Below are positions 56,813-64,000 of a stretch of 64,000 nucleotides of DNA, piece by piece. This stretch comes from a virus. Every line of letters begins with the position of its first letter. The first letter of the stretch is position 1. A program made the position numbers and the translations under genes. A model generated the notes under the pieces. It was given only the letters and a program-made list of their open reading frames with translations, was not told the DNA's origin and searched no databases. The DNA lies in IMG/VR virus record IMGVR_UViG_3300035701_000003; one strand, 5' to 3'.

Positions 56813-59001
56813 ATGAACCGGACTTAAAACTAAGTTGGAAAGTTGAGATACTTCCGGACTCTAAAGAAATTCTTAAGGATAAATCATGGAGCGATTCTAA
56901 TTATGAAAAACAGACTCAATACTGGGTGGACGATGCTCGAGTGAAATCAGAAGCCTACCAAAAATATATTTTCTTTATAATAGATAACGGGCATATAACA
57001 CCAAGTTCTCATAGTATTTTTAATGCTTACATAAATGAGAATAAAGATAATTTAACTATAGAGGAGATAGCACAAGCTTTAAATGACTTATGGCCTACCA
57101 CCGACGAAGATTCTAAGGACTTTTTACTGTATAATGCTCGAAGATTAGGAATAAAAGAATCCTCCTCCAAATTAAGTTGGCAAGTACAAGAGCCTTCCTC
57201 CTTCGAGGAACTGGTTGGATATTTAATACATTATGGTAGTCCCCTTTCTCACAGTTACTACCGTAATGAATATGGCGTAATAACTAGTGTGGTAACATCC
57301 GACGACCCCAAATATAAGGATACAATTTTACTCTGGGGGTTTTGGGCGGGTTCTGCTGAAGACGCTTTATATTATTACGAACACCCCCAGAAGCTAGTCG
57401 AATCTAGATTACCTTCTTTTTGGCCCGTGCCCCTTACCGATTTTGATAAAATAAAAGTTATTAAAGAAGTAACTATTTCTTCTCTTAAACTCTCCTGGCA
57501 GACCTTTAATATCTATGAAGGTAAATATAGAGAAGGACCTGGTTTCGATTATATAGTTACTAAGGATGGTAAACCTTTTTCTCACGTTACTTCTCTCGCT
57601 ATAGAAAATCATTCTCCTACTGGATTCGCTTGGGGTTACGGTGGTTCTGGACCCTCTCAACTCGCACTCGCCATCCTTTATGATCATACTAATGATGCTG
57701 AATTTGCTAAAAAATGGAGATGGGCATTTAAGGATGATTATACTTCCAAATGGCCCTCTAATAGAGATTGGCAATTATCCGGAGATGAAATAGATAATTG
57801 GATAAACGAAAAGACTATACAAAAGGAATCCTGGGTTATTAGAAGAACTCTCTCTAAAGGCGAAATAAGAGACTTGATAACTTCGGTAGGTTTAACTCCT
57901 ATTAATTTCTACATGGGCAAACGAACTAGAAGAGTAGACGCTGGTTACTTAGTAAATGATAAATGGGAAAATATCCCTGGGGAAATGATTGAGAAATTAA
58001 AAAGTGAACTGTCGGCTCTTACTCCGGAAGGGAGAATAGAGCAATCAAGGTATAAAGGAAAAAGTATAATAGTAAAAGTCCCTGTTTATAGAGATACCCC
58101 TAACTTGCCTTGGAGGGAAGTTAAAAAACAATTAAAAGCTTTAGGGTTTGATAGAATAGATGTTATAACAGGAACCACCGAAATAAGAGTGGATGTTTGG
58201 GGAATAGACGACCTTCATCCTACTCATAGAAGGGAAATGGTTCGTGAAATTACTACTATATTAAGACAATTCAATCCTAATTTTAAAGCCTATGAAACCA
58301 ACTTACCAGGTTACTTTACCTTTACAGCACCAATAAAAATACAAGAATATCCAGATGAAGTTACTTCTAGTTTAGAAAAAGAATCTTGGGCTATGACTAA
58401 GAATATGAGTAAGCAACGCTTAAGGGAAATAATAAATGAAGTAGGTTTAACTGCTTTAAACCTTTATATAGGACGCCGCCAAAGAAAAGCGTTTGTAGGT
58501 TATAGACCTAATAATAGATGGGAAAATATACCTCCGGAAACCGTACAGCTTTTGAAAGATAGACTAGAACAAGAAGCCCCCGATACGGAAGTACAATTCC
58601 CCATTACCAGTCCTTATTTTCAATATTTAGGCCCCCGCGTAAGTGAAAAAGCCAAAAAGTTTCTAGTTATTTTCGTATCTATAAAAAGAGATAGACAATT
58701 GCTTCCAGTAAAAGAAGTTAAGGATGCTATTAAAGAGAAATTTCCTCAGTATGAAGTTAGACTTTTTACTCGAACTAATGAAATAGAAATTTCTATTGAT
58801 ACTCCTTGGAATATAGAAGGTAGATCCGAAAATTTAAGAGGGCCGACTAAAGAAGCAAGATGCCAAGAATTACTAAATATATTAAAACAGTTTAATACTA
58901 ATACTATAATATCACCGTCTAATAATTGGCGGAGGAACGAATCTGGATATCATTTCCTTATTCCCTTTTCTCCTTATCAAGAATATGTTACTGGAGAATG
59001 A
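56809..59001 (+). CDS. Modular tagged protein with a DUF6166-like domain and a duplicated C-terminal module
   Basis: HSPTGFAWGYGGSGPSQLALAIL; KLSW at 56827, 57169, 57487; two paralogous units each starting KESW. Confidence 0.65.
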   Translation: MNEPDLKLSWKVEILPDSKEILKDKSWSDSNYEKQTQYWVDDARVKSEAYQKYIFFIIDNGHITPSSHSIFNAYINENKDNLTIEEIAQALNDLWPTTDEDSKDFLLYNARRLGIKESSSKLSWQVQEPSSFEELVGYLIHYGSPLSHSYYRNEYGVITSVVTSDDPKYKDTILLWGFWAGSAEDALYYYEHPQKLVESRLPSFWPVPLTDFDKIKVIKEVTISSLKLSWQTFNIYEGKYREGPGFDYIVTKDGKPFSHVTSLAIENHSPTGFAWGYGGSGPSQLALAILYDHTNDAEFAKKWRWAFKDDYTSKWPSNRDWQLSGDEIDNWINEKTIQKESWVIRRTLSKGEIRDLITSVGLTPINFYMGKRTRRVDAGYLVNDKWENIPGEMIEKLKSELSALTPEGRIEQSRYKGKSIIVKVPVYRDTPNLPWREVKKQLKALGFDRIDVITGTTEIRVDVWGIDDLHPTHRREMVREITTILRQFNPNFKAYETNLPGYFTFTAPIKIQEYPDEVTSSLEKESWAMTKNMSKQRLREIINEVGLTALNLYIGRRQRKAFVGYRPNNRWENIPPETVQLLKDRLEQEAPDTEVQFPITSPYFQYLGPRVSEKAKKFLVIFVSIKRDRQLLPVKEVKDAIKEKFPQYEVRLFTRTNEIEISIDTPWNIEGRSENLRGPTKEARCQELLNILKQFNTNTIISPSNNWRRNESGYHFLIPFSPYQEYVTGE

Positions 59002-59015
59002 ATGAATGAATGAAT
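58996..59015 (+). repeat. (GAAT)5 microsatellite spanning a stop/start junction
   Basis: gaatgaatgaatgaatgaat contains the TGA of the upstream gene and several ATGs. Confidence 0.8.
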
Positions 59016-59833
59016 TAGTTGCTTTAAGTAAAAGACATCCCCTTTGTAAAATATGCACTGTATTCGAAGACGACCTCCTTAACGACATTACCCTTGATAT
59101 AGTATTACAAAGGAAAACGTATAAAGAAATATGTGAATGTTACTCTAAACTATTACCCCCTAACATCCCTGATATAAACGATATTAATGTTAGAAATCAC
59201 AAAAGACATTGCGATCCTGGCTTACTAGCTAAGGAATACTTACAACAACAGGGTATGGCTATTACTCCAGGTGAGATTGCTGTAAAGTTATACGCAGAAA
59301 TTTATAAGGATGAGATTGATAAGAACAACACATTAAATGAATTGTATAGAGAAAGAATCAAAAATATGCAATCTCTTCAATTAGTGCTAGATGAAAAGCA
59401 TTTAAGAGCCGATGAATTGGAAAGAACTTTACAAAAAGCAAAAGATGAAAGACAACCAGATTCTGTTATAAACGATATGGCTTACCGGTTAAAGGAAATA
59501 CAAGGTGATATAAGATCCTATATTAAGCAGATAGATTCCATGCAAGGGGAAGTTCAAGATGTAATATTAAAAGAGAAGCAGGCTGAAAAGACCCCGATGG
59601 AAGGGACTATCTATGTTACTCAAAACTATGTAAATATATTTCAAGTTCATATGCAATCCTTTCTTGATGAATTAGTACCTTCAATGTTACAAGAGTTTAG
59701 AGATATTCCCGAAAGAGGAAAGAAAACCATACAACTAATTACATCTTGTATGGATAGACATATTGGCTCTGCTCTTGATGAAACTAAGTTATTAAAGTAT
59801 ACAAAAGGTAAAAAAATATTAAATGGAGACTAG
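59006..59833 (+). CDS. Probable terminase small subunit
   Basis: HPLCKIC...HKRHC, HTH-like N-terminus plus long coiled coil; just upstream of TerL. Confidence 0.5.
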   Translation: MNELVALSKRHPLCKICTVFEDDLLNDITLDIVLQRKTYKEICECYSKLLPPNIPDINDINVRNHKRHCDPGLLAKEYLQQQGMAITPGEIAVKLYAEIYKDEIDKNNTLNELYRERIKNMQSLQLVLDEKHLRADELERTLQKAKDERQPDSVINDMAYRLKEIQGDIRSYIKQIDSMQGEVQDVILKEKQAEKTPMEGTIYVTQNYVNIFQVHMQSFLDELVPSMLQEFRDIPERGKKTIQLITSCMDRHIGSALDETKLLKYTKGKKILNGD

Positions 59834-60194
59834 ATATACCGATACTAAGAGTAGAGGGTTGAAGATTTTATCTTGGCAAGTACAACTGCTTACTTGGGGC
59901 GATTTTCTAAAAGAGGTAGGCCCCAATCAAATTTGGGAAGCCAAGAATGGTCCGGGACTCGCGGGGCATTATTTACATACTACTATAGAATCTAATACGT
60001 ATCCTCTTTGGATGACCCATATAGATATTACAAGGGCGCTATGGTTACCTCAAGTGGATTACTCTTTATCCGATGACGACCACCATGCTTATAGGTTAAT
60101 ACAACTATATTTTGTATTTATAGGTTATAAAACCTATATTCTTATTACCGCTTGCGTTGTCGAGTCCCGCGGACCTTTTATGAGGGTTAAATAA
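59823..60194 (+). CDS. Tagged hypothetical protein (KILSWQVQ near the N-terminus)
   Basis: RGLKILSWQVQ at 59862-59885. Confidence 0.55.
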   Translation: METRYTDTKSRGLKILSWQVQLLTWGDFLKEVGPNQIWEAKNGPGLAGHYLHTTIESNTYPLWMTHIDITRALWLPQVDYSLSDDDHHAYRLIQLYFVFIGYKTYILITACVVESRGPFMRVK

Positions 60195-60209
60195 AATTTT
60201 AGAGGGCAA

Positions 60210-62723
60210 TTGTCTAAAATTATAAGTTTCTCAGACTACGCTAACGATCTTATCGATAGTTCCATATCTTCTTACGGAGAAATAGAACCGTTAGATGCCT
60301 TTGCATTTATAACCTCTTCAGATTATTTAAACGAAGATCCTACCCCCTTTCAAAGTTTAGCTATTAAAACTCTTTACAATCTTTGGGGTATATATCCCCC
60401 TATCTTAGAGGAAGAAGAACTAATAAGAATTCTCTACAGAGATTGGAATATAAAAGTAGAATTAGATAGAGAAGACCCTGTTACTCATTTTATAATGGTT
60501 TTAGGTCGAAGGAGTACTAAATGCTTAACGGGAGATTCCGAAATAATAGATGCTAATATGGGGAAGATTTATAAGTTAGGAGATTTATATGAATATAATT
60601 TACATCCCCCGATTTTTACATTAAAGAATGATTTTAAATTTACTAAAACTACTGATTACAGAGTACTTGATAATGGAATTAAACCCTGTTATAAAATATT
60701 AACTAAGACTGGGAGAACCTTAGAGTGTACTGATAACGAACCCTTTTTAACAATTGAGGGATGGAAAGAACTTAAAGATCTAAAAGAAAAAGATAGAATA
60801 GCTGTACCTTCTGTTTTACCTATCTTTGTAACTGATAAAGTTATAACGAAGAACGCAGCTAAAATGGATAATGCTTTTATTACTTCTATCCCGAAAGAAA
60901 TTTGGAATTATGTAGATAAGATAAGAATCGGAAAAGGATTAAAGAAACAGGATATACGAAAAGTGAAAAAGATTAGTGAATACTTAGACGATACCTATCT
61001 TAAGAACTTAGTTAAAGCTGATGTAATTTGGGATCCTATTAAAAGTATCGAGTACGTTGGGAAGAAGCAAACTTACGATTTAAACGTGCCAGATACTCAT
61101 AATTTTATAGCTAATAATATTGTAGTACATAATAGTACTTTAGCATCTTTCTTTGCTACTTATGCTCTTTACACCCTTATATGTAGAGGTAATCCCCAAA
61201 AATATTATGGAATAAGAGAAAGGCATCCTATTTATGTAACTCACGTGGCTGCTAAAGGAAAACAGGCAGAAAGCGTTTTTATACTAACTAAAGATAATCT
61301 GAGAAAAGTTCCTTTCTTTGACCCTTACTTAGATTTTGATAAAGATAGTCTTACAGAACTCCGACTTTTTACTCCTTACGATAAATACCTTAACGATCAG
61401 ATTAAACAGATGAATATATTACTTCCAAGAGGAGAACTTAAAAAGCCGAAGAGGCCCGGTTCGTTATATGCGAAATCTATTACTACATCCGCAGCTACTA
61501 ATAGAGGCGATGCTACTTTTATGTTAATGCTTTCCGAGTTTGCGCACTTCTTAAGGGCTAGGATGGATCCTTCTAAAACAGCAGACCAGGTAGCGGAAGA
61601 AAACCCTCAGAGTGATTATGCTATTTATAAAGCTTTAGTACCCGCTGTTAAAGACTTTGGAGAAGATGGTAAGATTATATTGGAGTCATCCCCTGCAGAA
61701 AAAGGTGGGGAAATGTATAGACATTATGGTATTGCTGGAGGTTCCGAACAAGAAGGTGGGCAGACTATGGAGAGGGAAGTAGGTTATGCTTTATTACAAT
61801 TACCTACTTGGGCCGCGAGACCCAGTATATCAAGAGAATCATTAGCATCTGAATTTAGGAGCGATTCAGTGGGGGCCAACGCTGAATATGGGGCTCATTT
61901 TCTTAATCCTTCTATGGCTTTTATATCTGAGAACGTTATAAATAGTATTCCTCAACCGGAAAGGGGTATAATACTTAGAAATCCAAGTAACTGGAGATTC
62001 GTTATATGTTTAGATCCAGGGGGAAAGGCTAAAGTTAAAGTGGCCGATACTTACGCTTTAGGATGGGGGCACGCTGACGTTAAACCCGACGAAAGAGATA
62101 CCACTTATTGGATAGATGGATTTAAAGGATGGGATGCTATTCCAAAAGATATAGGTTTTGGGAAAATAGAAACAATACCTGTGGACCCCAACGAAGTTTT
62201 GAACTATTTAATAGAGTTAATAAAAGACTTAGGAGGGAGAAACTTTGTATTAGAAATATGTTATGATCAATGGCAAAACCAACAAGCTGTATCTTCTCTT
62301 CAAGCTATAGGATTACCGGCTATCGAGACTACTTTTACTAATCCTTACAAAGGTCAGATGTATGGAGATTTCCTTTCTAAAGCCGAACACGGTCAAGTAA
62401 AAATGTATGGTCAAGATACCGAAGGTTGGGTAGATAGATGGAAACTGGAAATGAAATACTTACAAAGAATAATATCTGGTAAGTATACTTATTTTAAACA
62501 TCCCGATTCTGGCCCCGTAAGGCACGATGACTTCGCCGATGTTGCGAGTAACATTGTTCACAGACTTTCTATTTGGAGTTATCCTACTAAAGAAACTACC
62601 GAAAGAAACATATTAGACAAACAAGGTAGACCAGTACGAAAACGAACTACTGTATATCCAGTAAAAGGGCCTGGTTTATATAGAGGAAGTCCATTGGGCG
62701 GTAGAACTTCAGGAGGGCGTTAA
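60210..62723 (+). CDS. terL: Terminase large subunit with a cis intein
   Basis: Walker A GRRSTK/S, Walker B LMLSEFAHF, coupling motif ILESSP, nuclease ICLDPG, YDQWQ, HDDFAD; TTG start. Confidence 0.9.
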   Translation: MSKIISFSDYANDLIDSSISSYGEIEPLDAFAFITSSDYLNEDPTPFQSLAIKTLYNLWGIYPPILEEEELIRILYRDWNIKVELDREDPVTHFIMVLGRRSTKCLTGDSEIIDANMGKIYKLGDLYEYNLHPPIFTLKNDFKFTKTTDYRVLDNGIKPCYKILTKTGRTLECTDNEPFLTIEGWKELKDLKEKDRIAVPSVLPIFVTDKVITKNAAKMDNAFITSIPKEIWNYVDKIRIGKGLKKQDIRKVKKISEYLDDTYLKNLVKADVIWDPIKSIEYVGKKQTYDLNVPDTHNFIANNIVVHNSTLASFFATYALYTLICRGNPQKYYGIRERHPIYVTHVAAKGKQAESVFILTKDNLRKVPFFDPYLDFDKDSLTELRLFTPYDKYLNDQIKQMNILLPRGELKKPKRPGSLYAKSITTSAATNRGDATFMLMLSEFAHFLRARMDPSKTADQVAEENPQSDYAIYKALVPAVKDFGEDGKIILESSPAEKGGEMYRHYGIAGGSEQEGGQTMEREVGYALLQLPTWAARPSISRESLASEFRSDSVGANAEYGAHFLNPSMAFISENVINSIPQPERGIILRNPSNWRFVICLDPGGKAKVKVADTYALGWGHADVKPDERDTTYWIDGFKGWDAIPKDIGFGKIETIPVDPNEVLNYLIELIKDLGGRNFVLEICYDQWQNQQAVSSLQAIGLPAIETTFTNPYKGQMYGDFLSKAEHGQVKMYGQDTEGWVDRWKLEMKYLQRIISGKYTYFKHPDSGPVRHDDFADVASNIVHRLSIWSYPTKETTERNILDKQGRPVRKRTTVYPVKGPGLYRGSPLGGRTSGGR
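60522..61133 (+). mobile_element. 204-aa contiguous intein without a recognisable complete endonuclease, inside the TerL Walker A
   Basis: CLTGDSEI...block B ECTDNEPF...YDLNVPDTHNFIANNIVVHN, then Ser+1. Confidence 0.92.
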
Positions 62724-62888
62724 TCGTGTATATTATATATAAACATTTATGTTTAACTATTTATAAGGTATTAAGTTGAAACTTTTTATTAGTGTTTTTA
62801 TACTTATTGTTCTATGGATATTACTATTATGCATAGTAAACTAATAGAATGATATTGAAGTCATTTACAACTTAGGAGAAAATAAATT

Positions 62889-63302
62889 ATGACAAAAAAA
62901 TTAGAAGATAAGTTATTTGAAAAATACCCTAAAATCTTTCGTCAAAAAGATTTGGATATGAAACAAACCGCAATGTGTTGGGGAATCGAGTGCGGAGATG
63001 GCTGGTATATGTTGCTTGATGTAATGTGCCATTTATTACAATGGGATACCGACCACAATAATTCCAAAAAAGGAAATAACGAAGGTAGAAACCCTCAAAT
63101 TGAGGTAGTCCAAGTAAAAGAAAAGTGGGGTGAACTTAGATTTTATACTACTGGTTATAATGACCATCAAAGTGGAATAATAAGTTTCGCTGAAAGTATG
63201 TCGCACCACATTTGTGAAAATTGCGGATCTACGGACGATGTGCAAGAAACAAAAACAAGTTGGATAAGAAATTTGTGTAAAAAATGTAGAGAGACAAAAT
63301 AA
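62889..63302 (+). CDS. Conserved phage hypothetical protein
   Basis: ECGDGWY...QVKEKWGELRFY...ICENCG...LCKKC. Confidence 0.7.
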   Translation: MTKKLEDKLFEKYPKIFRQKDLDMKQTAMCWGIECGDGWYMLLDVMCHLLQWDTDHNNSKKGNNEGRNPQIEVVQVKEKWGELRFYTTGYNDHQSGIISFAESMSHHICENCGSTDDVQETKTSWIRNLCKKCRETK

Positions 63303-63614
63303 ATGATACCTGAAGATGATATTATAAAAGTTTTGATAAAAGATTACGGATGGAAAGTTGAAGAAGACTTCGGTTTTATGAGTAAAGAACTAATCAGAAA
63401 CGTAGCGAAGATAGTAGAAGATAAGGTTAAGAGTGGTGTTGATAAAGATTTATTAAAGAAATTTTTAATATGGTGCTATAGAGTAGCTAAAATTGATGTA
63501 GTAGACCCCGAAATAAACATTGAGGTTAAAGGCTATAGTAGTAAAGATTCCGTTCCTATTTGGGATTTAGAGAAATTAGTTTCGCAATTTTTGCTGGAAA
63601 ATAAATATGGATAA
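63303..63614 (+). CDS. Hypothetical protein
   Basis: 103-aa ORF, coupled to neighbours. Confidence 0.5.
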   Translation: MIPEDDIIKVLIKDYGWKVEEDFGFMSKELIRNVAKIVEDKVKSGVDKDLLKKFLIWCYRVAKIDVVDPEINIEVKGYSSKDSVPIWDLEKLVSQFLLENKYG

Positions 63615-63843
63615 GGAAAGGATAAAAGAATTAGCGGGATTAGCCGGATTTAAATACTCGCACGACGGGCCTGATTATGTTTGTTTTAAAAGTGAGAATA
63701 CTAATATAATTCTTGTTTATACTTCTACTGGGGAACTGAGCCTTTTACGAAGGTTATTTAAAGAATGTAGAATTGCTGGTCAAATAAAATTACGACTGGA
63801 ATACGAGAAACTTATGAATCCTTTTAACTATCACCTACTCTAA
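63607..63843 (+). CDS. Hypothetical protein
   Basis: 78-aa ORF. Confidence 0.5.
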   Translation: MDKERIKELAGLAGFKYSHDGPDYVCFKSENTNIILVYTSTGELSLLRRLFKECRIAGQIKLRLEYEKLMNPFNYHLL

Positions 63844-63844
63844 T

Positions 63845-64000
63845 ATGATTGAAAGTATCTTACATTTTATCGGTATATGTCCTGATAGCCTTTCACACCC
63901 TAATCTTCTTAATCTTTTAACACTTGGTATCTTAGTCTCCATTGGAGCGAAACTTAAGTTTTTTTATTATAAATCACGAAAAATTGTTAAAAATCTTGGT
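63845..64000 (+). CDS. Small membrane protein, 3' truncated
   Basis: MIESILHFIGICPDSLSHPNLL...; open to the window end. Confidence 0.45.
   Translation, partial: MIESILHFIGICPDSLSHPNLLNLLTLGILVSIGAKLKFFYYKSRKIVKNLG

Noticed and set aside
58996-59015. (GAAT)5 tract as a phase-variation switch
   Set aside because: It lies at the stop/start junction and supplies a TGA and an ATG in every unit, so slippage would barely change either protein
459-63245. Minus-strand ORFs in the six-frame track
   Set aside because: All are short shadows of longer + strand genes, with no recognisable motifs
1-64000. Stop-codon reassignment (alternative genetic code), tRNA or rRNA genes
   Set aside because: TAG, TGA and TAA all terminate genes cleanly with tight coupling and dense code-11 coding; no tRNA-like cloverleaf or T-loop motif noticed in the short gaps

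Overview
A 64-kb, AT-rich segment of a large tailed (probably contractile-tailed) bacteriophage genome. Every credible gene is on the + strand and reads in the standard code. In order: end of a tail/baseplate module with an amidase (1-5.3 kb); a DNA modification, recombination and replication cluster (DUF932-like, YaaA/DUF6884-like plus adenine MTase fusion, RecA, peptidase, SSB-like, Holliday resolvase, exonuclease, dUTPase, split SbcC plus SbcD, QueD; 5.4-23.8 kb); small accessory ORFs (23.9-29.4 kb); large modular, probably virion-associated proteins (29.6-38.4 kb); four consecutive 1274-1335 aa signal-peptide-bearing adhesin/tail-fibre/beta-helix proteins (38.4-54 kb); more modular proteins, then a probable small terminase and an intein-containing large terminase (59-62.7 kb). 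Gln immediately after the predicted signal peptides and two host-like small regulators point to an FCB-group host (Ignavibacteria/Bacteroidota-like; inference). Main observations: (i) a shared peptide tag, W-R-x-x-L-S-W-Q-[VI]-Q at N-termini and K-L-S-W-Q or K-E-S-W internally, marking the starts and module boundaries of at least eight unrelated proteins; (ii) a recA gene fractured by an atypically split intein (23 aa + 133 aa) with a free-standing Vsr/DUF559-like endonuclease between the halves; (iii) about 15.6 kb of apparently Sec-exported tail-fibre/depolymerase-like proteins rich in D-S/T-hydrophobic sequons. All family assignments come from motif recognition by eye, not database searches.
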